A stretch of DNA of 63,342 bases, from positions 102,536 through 165,877 of the forward strand of contig NMRA01000586.1 in the NCBI GenBank assembly GCA_002633005.1. The letters are read 5' to 3'. Below the pieces are notes generated by a model that ran no database searches, was not told the DNA's origin, and worked only from the letters and a program-made list of their open reading frames with translations. How positions within the stretch are numbered: position 1 is the first letter of the stretch; each line of letters begins with the position of its first letter. Positions 29,201 through 42,400 of the stretch are shown here, one piece after another. Source of the stretch: Phoronis australis (taxonomy: Eukaryota; Animalia; Phoronida). The position numbers and the translations under genes are program-made.

Positions 29201-30397
29201 ACATAACCTAGCCTCAAATGGCTACGCCGATCAGCATCATCTTGAGGCTTGGGGAGGAAGCTGAGATTTTTCTAGCCGCGGGACAGCTACTGAACTCTAC
29301 CCGGATCGTCGTCGAAGTAGTTCGTATGCTACAATCCTTTGTTGTTAAAAACATCGGCTTGTGATGTAGTGGTATGCTATAGATTCTTGGGAGATAACAG
29401 TAGTTCATTTTTATCGAGTCGTCGGCGTTACAGCTCTGCGTAACAGCCTTTAACAATCAAACTTTTAACTTATGGATAAATGGTGATACCTTCTCATGGA
29501 ATTATGATCGATTTTATAATTCACAATAACTTGGCTCCAAACAGTGAAAATTACGATAATACATCTTTAAGGCAGGTTGCCACGTGTAAATCAATAAGCC
29601 GTTAGAGACCGACCGGTCAACTTCAACTGCCCGAATATTCGAAAGGTTCTTTTCTGGGAATATATACATGTAAATAAAGCAATCTTCGCACCTCGTTGGC
29701 ACTCCAAGTCGACCCCAAGACTGAAGAGGCTCTTAATCCCATCAAGAAATGCCATTTAGACCCATCGATCCGCTGTAAGTAGCAATGGTTATTACGGAGA
29801 GGACGGCATGACAGCTTTAGTGCAGTTCTGATTGTCGGTTTGAAATGGACACCTGTGTTTGCGGTTTGCTAAGTCACAGGGCTAACAAACTAAAGAAATT
29901 AATTTAATTATATTAATATCCATGAGAAGTCTATTTCGCGTATATTCTGGCTTTGGTGACTGTCAAGTAGTGACACGTCACTTAGCACGCGCGTCTCAAG
30001 GGTTCTTGCAGTAAGGGGTCTTCTGACAGTTCGGCAATTTTGCTTGAAAAGATTTCGTGATTTTGAAAGAGCAGATTTACCAAATATAAACGTTTGTATT
30101 CAACTACTTTCTTGAATTACGACGTCTTGATGTTGCCTTCCGAAATGGACTCATGTCCGTCCGCAGGCAGAAGTGCACTGTGTGTAATTTAGCAATCAAA
30201 GTTGACAGGTGATAAGAAACTAGTCAGCTGATAAAAGTGACGCCTGCTTTTCATTCTTGTGAAACATTTACTTTGATATACTATCAATTGCATGTAGTGA
30301 GTAAAATGCGATTCCGATTGTAAAATGCGCGCTTCAGACTAGTAGCAAAGTAAGTGTTAAGGATTTAATTTTTTACCACGATGAACACGACAATAAC

Positions 30398-30485
<88 letters not shown>

Positions 30486-33400
30486 GTATAATAACGATGA
30501 AAATAGTATTAATAATGACAGTGTTAATAACATTAATAACAGTAACAATACCAATAATAACTAATAACGATAATATTAGTTCCATGTCAAGCTAATAATA
30601 ATACTAACTACAACAATACTATAAATAACAGTAATAATTATTACTATTGCCATTACTATTAATATTATTTTATTATTTTTGTTGGTTTTATTTTATATTT
30701 TTTGTTATTATATAAACGACAAGTATAATATTAATGGTAATAATAATAGTAATTATACTCTACAGCCTTTGCCGAGCACAAAATTATGAGCACCATCCGC
30801 TTCAAAATGTAATAATTTAAAATCCAAAAGGCTGATCCAATAGTTAAAATATGTTCTCAAGAGATCTTATTTCCTTTTTAGCACTTTGAGATTAGCTTTT
30901 ATTTTACGCACTTTTCTTGCATAGGTCTTATTATATTTGTTCTCCAAGTTCTGTTACATGCAAAAACTATTTGTCTCGTTACAGCCATGTGAAGATGGCG
31001 CCCATCTCAGATCTCAGCAGTGCGCCCAGTTTAACAGGCGCAAGTACAAGGGACAGTATTTTTCGTGGCGACCGTACAACTCTGGTATGTTGACTGGTAC
31101 CATTATGGCGAGTTACGTGTGAAAAAGGCCCTGTGTTTCTCAAAAAAAACTATTAGAACTGAACATAGTCCAATGCGGTTGTATAAGCGCCACTGTTGTT
31201 ACGCCTCTCTTCAATAGTAATAATCATTCACGTGAGTTATTTCATGTAATAGCGTTTTTATTACAATATGGTAAAATCACGTAACAGCAGCCAAATTACA
31301 ACGCAAGGAGCATGTTTGAAATAAAGTACCATGGCTTTCAAGATGGCGGCGACCATAGCCGCGACTGTTTCATGTACATGTAGTATATTCTTTACTTTCA
31401 GACGTTGGCGGCCATGTCCAGCTAGATCCCTGTAGCCTAGTATGTGTAGCCGAGCAGAGGCCGGACTTAGTTGTGCTCCTCGCGCCCTCTGTCGATGACG
31501 GCACATCGTGCAGCCCTGGAAATGTGGAAGATAAGATCTGTGTCAGCGGAAAGTGCGTGGTTAGTTCATTTCAAGCTTCTGTGGAAACTAAATAAACCCG
31601 TGTTTTGTAAGACTTTCAAGTAACCCTTTGGCATGAATGGACGTATTAGCACGTTATAAACAAATCAGTGGGTTCTTGCTCGATGAAATTATCGCTTAAT
31701 GATCAGTCGACTTTGTCGTTCGTTAGTTCATTGGACCACTTCGAAAAAGTAACAAGGGCTGACGAATGATTGAATGAATCCACGCTATTACTGTTTGATT
31801 TGTAAAAGCCGTCCTTGAAATAACCCTTGTTTCCCCTCGTACGTCTCTCATCTTTCTAAGATGGGTAGATAGATAAGTAAAGTACTTTAGTTTTTTTCAT
31901 TAATCATTGTCTGTGGTAGGGAGCTCTCATTTTTGTTGCAAAATATTTCACTTACAAATGACGTAACTAACTGTTTTGCCAGACTGCTTTTAAAACAAGG
32001 GGAAAACAAACACAGTTTTAAATTACGCTTTACAGAAACTGGAATACAATGATTGTGAAAAGGACAATTATTGTCAATTTGAAGAAATATATTTCAAACA
32101 TTATCTTCAAGGAATTTCTCAATAATTTTATTTCCACGTATCTATATGCTTGCTGTAGCATTGTGAATCGTAATATATGCTTCTATGAATGTAGTTCAAA
32201 GGGTCCCGTGTTGCAGCTCTCTCTGACTGTGATGATTTATTTGGCGGTTTTAAACCAAAACGAAAATTTCGGAAATAACTCCAGGAAATTATCATTTTCG
32301 GCACAAATACAGTATTTGCGAATACTCGTGGTTAGACTACACGGTGTGGCAGTAAAAGGCTACGGTGAACTTATTGTCTAGATAGAATGGCGACGAGAGG
32401 ACTGAGTGACACTATGTTGTGTTTAGATATTTTTGTCATTTTAAGAAATTGACCTTTTAATGACTTATGTGTTGCGCATATTTTCAAATCTCCGCTATTG
32501 ACATGAGCGTTTTCAAGTACGCTGAGCTAAACTGGCTGATAATTTTGTTCACACGTGTACATCCTCCATTTTAAAGGATAATTTCACGACCTTGTTTGTT
32601 TACCTTTTGTATTTCTCGTCGTGTTTTACTTTGAAACTGACAAAAATGTTTTTAAAACGTTTAAAAGTGTAATTAGTCTATATATCTCTTTTTGAGAAGA
32701 TTCTGTGAGAGAGATAGTCCAAGGGAAAAATCTTGCACAGTGTGATAATCCTAACGCGATAACATTGCGAGTCTTTGATACCCAGTGTTTTGAAGTTTAT
32801 GTATGACTTTCATTTCTTATGATGAATATTCTTTGGTAAAGTTGGTTATTTCACAACCCTAGGGACGTTCCCACCCTCGGGTTCCCCGACAAATTTTACA
32901 AACGTTACACGAACTAGCCCGCGAACAGCAAAGGACGGAATTATCGAGTTTTTTATTTACTTCTCGACCTCAACTAACTCAACCGACCGGGACCCGAATG
33001 CGGGATGCGTGACCTTGCACCAAAACAACCACCTCACCGTGTCATTGTGTGACTCAGCAGATGATCACGTGATATTTGCGAGGTCATCTTTTCATGAACA
33101 CAGCAAACACTTGTTGCTTACGTCATAAGTTCACTAACCGTCTAGCCGACTGTTTGGGTTGTGACATTTGGGCTATAGCAGGAAGGCATTACCAGTAGCA
33201 GTAGTGCCTTCCTGGCTATAGTAAATGATAAAATGAAGTAAAAACGTGAAATAAGCAGAATATATTTAGATTAAAGTCAACGATAATTTTTAAGACTGTA
33301 CAAAAATCGTAGTTTCATTTACAGACATATATTTAGATTATTGTTTTAGTAATACTATTAATTGACACCAATGTTATACTTATTAGGTTGTAGGATGCGA

Positions 33401-36400
33401 CAATCGCATAAATTCAAGTGCTCGGGTTGACGAGTGTGGAGTATGCAAAGGCAACGGGAGTAGCTGTGAAACGATCAACGGATTTTTGCAGAAAGGCGTT
33501 TATCAGGGACTAACGCAACTTATGATCATTCCAAAAGGAGCGCACCATATCCGAATAACAGAAAGCCACCACAAGAAATCGTCGAGATTAGGTAGTTAAA
33601 CATTTGTCATTGTGAAAGCCTCGTTTGTTCTTCGTACTTGAGCCTCATGTTGTATTCTAGGACATAACACGTATTGTTCAAAAGATACGTTAACATTGCC
33701 AGCACATGGGGCGCAAACGGATCTTTGTCTGCTGCGCTTATACGACGATTTACAGCATGAATTTGTGCAGATTATCACAAATTGCTCGCTGCTACCAAAA
33801 GCAATGCTTTCAAAGCATTTCACGATTGAAGTGCTATTCGCAAACTATTCACTATTTGCGAGTATAGTGGGTGTAATATATTAAATGTAAGATGATGTCA
33901 AAAGTGAAAACATGTCATCCATAATTCAAATATTATTCGATTAAATTTTAAACGATATTATTAGATTTTAGCTGCATTGTTAGGACGCTGACTCAATTAG
34001 GCTTAAAACAAAGTTGAATAGATCTGTCCTGAAATAGTGTAGCACCACTCTCGTGCTAATAGTTTTTACCCAGATTGACGCACGTATCAAGCATTTGTCT
34101 TGTTTTTTACGTGCAAACGTACTAGTCACTGTCTGATATCCAAATTATTACGTAATTCATCGTTTGCAATTCTAGCAGAATTGTATTGCCGCATTTTTCA
34201 CGTACAATGCAGGCACCACAAATTGGCATACAGTTATATCCGTGCTGGATGCTCTGTGTGATGTTCTGTTCTTGGGACGTAGGTCAGGGGAAACACGATC
34301 TACCAAGAACTATAATATCCAATCTAGGTGACACAGAGGGTACGAGTTTTAGCTGAATCGTGCTTTTACATAGGCGGATTCATTTTAGTGATATCAAATC
34401 TAGAATTTTCAAATTGTTGACATGGACCCCCTTTTTAAGAAATCCTTGATCTGGCCCCCCTCCTTTTAAAAAATCTTGGATCTGCCCCTGTTTTATTATG
34501 TATTATTTAACTGATGGCAAAACGAGGATTTTTGAAATCACCAAAACAAGGTTCAGTATTCTTTTAGACCATTTACGTTGTCTAGCCTTCAGTGTTCGCT
34601 GGTGCCTCAGCCCTATAGTTTAATGCAATTTCAGTACTTCTACACCTGAATGGAACTTCTCACTTCAGTGGAGGGGAAGAATCCGGCAAAGAACAGTGGC
34701 TTATATTAGGTGTATCGTTTACATTTTTAAATAAAACAACGTCAGAAACTCTTGCAGGCAACGGCGTCCTGTCGGATGATCTCATACTCGCGGTAAGTTG
34801 TTTAGAGCATTGATTGTTCACCAATCAACTTACGCCTAAGTTCATAACGGCTTTAATTAAGTTGTTCACAACTTTTCACCACCCGACAAGATGGTTTCAT
34901 CATAGAAGTCCAAGAGCATAACGCTTAATCGTCGTGAGAGACCGTCCCGAGTTGGTATGTGGTGCAACTCGGGACGGCCTGGGGTCTACAGAAAACCATA
35001 GTTCAACTGTGAGTCTACACCAATGTGATAAAGGAGAGTAGTTCTACTTTCTGCGTCAGCTGCTGGTATGCTTATCTCTTTTATGACACACAATGTGCGA
35101 CTGGGCAAAGCGTTTTCAAAATAATGTGGATAAATCAGTGGAGTGTGAGACCCCTGAGGTCCCTGTCAAGTCCTCACGACAATTTTACGTTATGGACAGT
35201 GAGCTAATNCACTTCAGCAGAAAGAAAAATTAATTTGCCAGTAGGCTTTAAGACGAATTGATCCAATCGGTTTTAATGCGGCGTTCTTTTATGTTACAGG
35301 CCAAAGTCCAGACAGGCGCCGACTCGTTCAGAATACGGTATGAATACAAAATCTCCAAACTAAATACTGACGCCCATGTACAAACGACAGAAAAACAAAC
35401 GGAACATTTAAACTTGATTCCACGTGATAGACACGTCGTGAATCGTCACAGCGTCACGCCCACAGTTACACGACAACCTCCTTTGAGATATTTCAAACCA
35501 GGATTCAGGATAGTTTCGAGGCCCACAAATCCTTTAAAAGACAGTGCCGCCAAACAAAAAGCACTTCTTCAAGTGCCCGTATCCGACGACGATGTCAGGA
35601 GACACGTGGAGCATCAGTCGCTGGGAGTTCGAACTAAGGTAAAAATTGTAAAGATGAAGACAAGTTCTGCAAGTTCCCACGATGACTTCGCCACAGAAGA
35701 AGAAAATAGGCGTTATACATCCACACCTTTACGTCCGAGAAATCAGAATCACGCTAACAATTTGGGAAACACGTCAACGCGTTACAAAAGTGACTCTCAA
35801 GTTCGCCGTCAGTCACGACACTTTTCATCACTTCGGATTCGTTCTAAAAACTTTCCTCAAGGACGTCGAGGCAGCGCCGTACGCCGCATGCTTCCGGTCA
35901 GGGTCAGAGTGGAGAGTCAACCTTTTAAGCTCAATGAGTTTCCCGACGAAAACATCCGGGAGTTGTCAGAAAGTGAAGGTACAACTTGATACTTGTTTGC
36001 AATTCATTTTGGAAAGGGCCGTTTTGTGCAAGAAACCATTCGTCCTTGCAACAGGGCCTCTTTGTGTTCAGTATAAGCTATTTGTCCTTGCATAGAACTC
36101 TAGCCGTGGAATACCAGCTCTTGTTTAGTAAGTATAGCTTTTCATAAAAGAATTCGTTGAAAATACGATTTTTATTCATGCTAATGTAGTATCTGTCTTC
36201 TAATTTTCGAAAGCAATGCGAATGGTGTCGTGTTTTGAGCAGGGCCGAGTGAGGTGTGGGGCGGGATGAGGCTCATGCCCCAATAATTTGTTTTAGGCCT
36301 CAAAGGCTAAACATTAATGTCGCCCGGCAAAAAACAACAATTGTCGATCATTTCCGTTGTCTTAATCGTGCATTCTTCTGTATTTAAGAACTGGGAGCTT

Positions 36401-39400
36401 GTCCGTGCACTTCACTAATTTTACCTTCCTGGTTTTCAATGACGCCGCTAGGGTTACAAATTTCAGATACACTTGGGACGTGTTCCCCCACTTCCTGTGA
36501 CCATAAAGTTAAACTCAGAAGTCTGTTGTGCTTTTAGTTAATTTAGCTGTTTTTTAATTCTACAGCAGCCAAGACCTCGATATTCAAACAGCAAAAGCAC
36601 TCCAGCAACCCGGTTGCGGCGTTTCGCGTCAGCCGACGACAGTCATTTTCAGGACGGAATCATAGAAAACGCAGCAGGCACAGACGACCGTCATCCGACC
36701 GCCCGCAGCGATACTCTTGGGCAACTAATAAAAAGGCAGCTTGCAGCTCCTCGTGTGAGGACGGTAAGACACACGTGCCACGTGTCCCCTCACACTCCCA
36801 CAATCGCTTCAGCGTGTGAAGTAATGTCTCATTATGACTCGCGTCTTAAAGGGATACGGTCGAATTTAGGGCCGAAAATGCAGGCATTTCGAGGTTAATA
36901 TTAGATAGGATAAACTTCTTGAACTTAATTTCTTGAGAGTTTTAAAACAGCATTTTTTTGTTTCTGATTTTACTAGAAACCGTCGATCCCCTGCTTTGGT
37001 TTCCAGTCATCGGTAGAGTTCACTGAACTCGAGGTCGGTGTCTACTTGGCGCTACTAGTTAAGTGTTCGTCAACTGAGGTTTCGAGTTCGAAGTTGTTAG
37101 GGCTGATGTTATCCGGAACAGCTCGGACATTTTCGTAGCCTCAAGTTCCCCCTCTCGTAGTTGAAATTAATCTACGCATGGGCGAACTTCAGTCATTCGG
37201 CAAATTATGTGATTTTCAAACAGTAGAATGATTGGACGTAGGACTGACTTTCGCTTGTGCGTAGATAATGCTGACCTCAGAGAGGTAGTATGAAAGTGCC
37301 CGATGTGTTCCTTTTTCTCTATATGCCTCTTAGAATGTGTGTAGAAAATTCCCTTTACGGCCTGTCTTTGTGGATCACATTGGCACTGAAATTTACCAAC
37401 CATTTCAAACGCGTGCTGTAAGATGATCCACTGTAAATGACCCCAGACAATCCACAAAACCTTTTAATCATAAGTCACGTTTCTGAAATCACGTGACCCG
37501 GAACTACGTAAATCAACCATTTTGAAACTCTCATTTTTGATTATCTGTTTTTAAACTTTGCTTTTCCTCGTGAGATCAGTTAAAGCTGTTCGGATAAACA
37601 CCACATTATACCGCACATGCATGCATGCATTTATTCATTTGTTCAATGTGTGGGAATTACGGTCTAAATCAGAGGATACCTTTCTTTTTAAAATAGTTCG
37701 TCTCTTTCCTACCAGGTGTCAATGCTGTTTTTGCTTACTGTGTCCGTTCTGACGGTGAAACTGTCAGCGATAGGTATTGCGACTACAGGACAAAGCCCGA
37801 TCCGTCGACTGTTGCTTGTAAAAGAGAGCCGTGTCCTGCAAGGTAAGTCGTCAGCTATGTTGTTGGCAACAGAAAGGTCTATGTGTAAGTCGGACATGTT
37901 GCAAACAGTTTGTGGGATGGTTGTTTGGTGAAAACGAGTAATAATAACTATCAACACAAAAGAAATCTCGTGATACTACGCGTGGTCATCAGCGCCGATA
38001 TTTACAGTGTAGCTAGGCACAACTTCTCGGCGAAGACCACTTTGGGGGTGTTGCTGGGTGTCTGTAACGTGAAGATGTTTGCTCTGGTCTTTTTACATAG
38101 ACCTTTTGCAGATGGGGTTTAAAAAGCCCAATAGATAGCGTAGTGGCGAGCTTAAAGGCATTAGGTCCGTCCGTCACTCGCTGGTTCCCTGCGTGCCGCT
38201 AGGTAATCGTTAGCCAGCACGCAGGTATCACTTAATTTTCCTCAGGAATTTTTTTTTTACATCAGCGTTTCTGATTGGCTAGTCGAATTCTCAACAGGGA
38301 GCGCTTTATGCAAACTGGCATGACTGATGGACTGAAGTGTAAATGCGGTCTGTTGTACAGACAAATCGGTGCTTAAAATTCATGTTCAGGAAATGTGAAT
38401 CATACAAATTGTGGTTGCGCCTTTTCGGAGTGCATCTTTCTACTGTTGATGACTTTTGTTTACGATACTGTCCTGTGTTCGTACAGTATTAAACATAACT
38501 ACAGAAACGAAATAGTTGCTGCGACGCTACTCGTTGCATGACAAGTACGCCATTTTTTCACGGTGTTGTAAAGCTAACCAATGGCTGCTGAGGTTACATC
38601 TACCAATGCTAAAGCGCGTGCCACTGCTTGATACCTGCGTGCTGGCTAAGCAGGTAGGGAACCAGTGAGTGGTGCAGTGCTGGATACATATCAGGACAGG
38701 CCTATTTAACAAGATTAAAACTTTTGTTCACGCACTCGCCGTCAGCGAGACTAAAAGGGGTTGTGGTGATCTAATGTTCCATGAGTTCATACCCATTTCT
38801 CTTCTCCAGGTGGGTTGCAGGACCGTGGAATCCATGTGATCGATCCTGTAAGAAGACCAGATCGGTTCACTGCTGGCAGATTCTCTCTGCCGGAATGGAC
38901 AGCAGTGTTCTAGACCACGTGTGCGGAAATCTAGAGAAACCTCACGATACGGAGGGCTGTGACACCGAAGGCTGCGCCCCCGAGTGGAAAACCACCAAAT
39001 GGAGTGAGGTGCGTCCCCTTACGGATACCACGTGACGTTCGGTTTATTATTCCTTTTCAAAATGAACATATGCAACGATGTTTTTAGAGTTAAGGATTTT
39101 CGTATAATTGGAGGATTGAAAGTATGAAAAGCAAGGTATAACTCTGTTGCAGATTTTTGTTTGTGTTACGAATAGATTTTCTTTACTAATTAAAAGCTCT
39201 CAAGAACTTCAACTGCAAAAAGTAGGCTACCGAACTGACCATTCCAACTTCAGAAACTGCTACAAGAAAGGCATCCCTCCTCGGGTCACCAATACACTTC
39301 GATGGGAGTGACGGCAGATGTTTTAAAGTTCAGAGACGTTCGGCAGATAACACAAAAACCGTATTTGCCTGATTATGCCAACGTATGGGCTCGGGGTCGT

Positions 39401-42400
39401 ATGAAATGGATTTTTGCAAATTTCATGGCCTTCATAGTCCTTGAAATGTGGTAAGAATAGTTATGAGTGATGAAAAAAATGGCCTTTGTATTCTTGTGTC
39501 TTCACTCTAGTGTTCAGCGAAATGTGGAGAAGGTTCACAAACTAGGGAAGTCACGTGTTCATCTGACACAGAATCGTGTAGCCTGTCTTCCAAGCCAACT
39601 GAAAGTCAGCGGTGTATGGTCAAGGAGTGTGCCAACCGCTGGTCAACGTCGGAATGGACACGGGTCAGTGAATAGCACTTGCAAATTTGGCTTAGTGGTG
39701 TTTCTATCAATGTTTCGTTCGTCGTAAATTATTCATTTTGTCAAGCACTAACTGCTATAGACAAGATGGTTTGCACACGATGCGTTCCTATGCCTCCTGC
39801 TTAACAATACCGTCTGACTCTGACTTGTTCTGCAAATTGTTGGTCACACGGAAAACTTACAACAACAGTCAAATTAGAGGGAAGTTCTCACAGAATAGCT
39901 TTAATTCGATTCAGTCTTGTTACCTTGAAGCGAGCCAGCCCCACCCAATTTTAAACGACGTGTAACTGTTACATGGAATTGGCGTCGGTGGCAGTAAATT
40001 AAATCATGTTGGCAGAAACACACATGTTCCATTATAGCTGTCAATAAAAGCATTGTTTATCCATCAATTTCATATGTATGGTCGTATTTCCCTTGTGTCA
40101 TATTGAAGTCGTATGGCCCTTTATTTTAACTTCTTTTTTTGCTTGTTTGCGCATCGCATTTCTCATACCCCAGTCAACCATGGGGGTATTAATTGATTCG
40201 CGCGTAATTAATTGTGTCTTGGTTTCATTATTTTTTGTGTTGGAAAAGATGTTTCGCACTTATGTGAGCATACCACTATACGAAATTTATGCAGACGGAC
40301 GATTGCTCGCTTGTTTGGTGTGTTTTTATCTTAAACGGTGAAACGGTGGACTAATTTCTGTGAGGTGCCGGGGGCTGACATTCCCAATTTATTGAATGTG
40401 TCTGCCAACAAATAAAAAATAAATACACACGGCAAAAAAAACGCAATACATTGGGAAAAAAGCGTGCGTTTCCTCTGGCGTGTATGCACATTTGATTACA
40501 TTTGGGGAAAGAAAGCGTGAGGCCGAAGGGGTATGGGCTTAAACACAAACATAACCTGACGGTAAGAAAGTGTGCCAGGAATTTTTAATTATTGTCGACA
40601 TGAAGCAAGAGGGGTTTATGATGCCGTGTGGTGTAAGGGCTACTCGATATACACTAGGTGGCGCTTGTGAATGAAGGACCCTCTTTTGAATATTTGAAAG
40701 GATCGAGAGCAAAGCATTTCATCACCAGAAAACGGTTACCTATAGCGCCACCTGCCGAGAGTTTCGAGTCGGTCAGGTTGTGTTCTGGCACACTCATTAC
40801 AATTAGATATCACATGATGTCTTGCAGTGTAGCGGACCCTGTGGACGCGGACGAAAGACGCGCACTGTCACGTGTCGAAATGGAAATGGGTTGTTAGTGG
40901 ATGAGTCCAAATGCCAGGGAGTTTCACGACCACTGTCCAGCGAGGCTTGTGGTCATTCGCGCGAATGTCCAGTTGACTGGGTTCCGCAGTCGTGGACCAA
41001 GGTAAGGACCATATCCAGACGGAAACTGGATATGAGTTGACGGACAAAAGGAGTTAACTTTTAACAAAAGGTGTGTCGGTCCTTGTGTCCCAGGATTCGA
41101 ACCCTGAGTCTATGAACCGCCATGTAACGGGGTGTGTCTCTCGAGTTAATTTGTCATTGGTCTGGTGAATAAAACACATTTTTAATGTTTGAAGGTAAGG
41201 CACGGAATCTACTGGAGAACTGTCCGGGCGGTTGCCAAAAGAAAACTCATCACATGCCATCATTTGTTCGTTGCCGACCGAGATTACGAATGCATACTCA
41301 GAATATAAGCTTCTTTGCTATTTCAAAAACAGTTAAAATTTAAGAAGTACGTGTTTTGAGAAAGGTAGATAATCAGCAGATATAGTTGAAACTTAGCCGT
41401 TAGACAACCAGGCCGCCGGAAATGGCGATTTCAGCTAAACTCAACAGTAGTGTTTTCTTATCTTAAGCGGAAAACATTTGATCGAACCGTCAGTGCAAAT
41501 ATTTCTGCATAGCGATGAGGTTGTCCTCCGGTGCATTTTAAAATTTAAAATTTACGTCCCGCTTCAAAGTAGACAAGATATATTTTGATATAGTTTCGTT
41601 GTATATTTGACGAAGACACTTTTCCATGGCGGTAACAGTCGTGTGGTACTTTAATAGCCAACGTGTGTGCAATCCGGGTTAATTTTGATTGAGTCGTCTT
41701 ACGCTTTACTTTCGTTTGTTCCGATTACAAAAACAAGACTCCTGTTTGGAAATCATTACGTGGACGTATACGAGGCCCCTGGGAGTCTGTTGTGATGCGG
41801 CCGGCTAAGCGTCGAGCCCTCAAGAAACTATTAATGCGATATCGACTGAAACATTATTGCTGCCGCGTGCACGGGAATTACTTGGGGTTCAATTGGTTGT
41901 TTTACGAATTGACCACGTGGCGGTTTCATTTTGATGAACTCGATGATAAATTTCACTGTGAGTTGCTTCTTGTTCGTCCCCTAGCGGAGAAAGGGTTTGT
42001 TATAGTGTGGGTTGACTGTGATTGGTTTTCCAGTTTGTGTAATCAAATGGTAATAACTTCCATGTTGCAATCAAAAATGTTGATGACGTGGTTGTGCCTC
42101 TGGGGGATTTGCTTGTAAGTTTCTGCACTGCTATCGGTGCAGTCGTCTGTCTCAATCTTCTGGTGTTACGTCACGAGATGCACCCGGTCAGTAAAACTGT
42201 AACTAATTTTTTTGCATTGAGACAAACTGGTGTAAAATCTTGAAAATTTGAAAATTCCAATTTAGGCAAGAGAATTCCAGTCAACAATCAAATCCTATGT
42301 CACTCAAATTACTTAACGCCGGATTACATATGAAAGGATTGTTTTGTTTTGATTTTGCATTTACTAGAGCTGGGAAACATATTGGTTCCTTGACTAGAGA

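Noticed and set aside
30357-30585. Poly-Tyr / poly-Leu ORFs
   Set aside because: Translations of an intronic (AAT)n microsatellite
34586-34623. Alternative exon-7 acceptor TCTAG at 34585
   Set aside because: In the required phase it hits TAA after 12 codons; the acceptor at 34634 gives an open spacer-like frame
35632-35645. Internal donor AAG|GTAAAA in exon 8
   Set aside because: Phase 0 would put exon 9 out of the TSR reading frame
41090-41105. tRNA/SINE B-box (GGTTCGAATCC on the - strand); similar weak boxes near 46420-46502
   Set aside because: No properly spaced A-box or cloverleaf could be built
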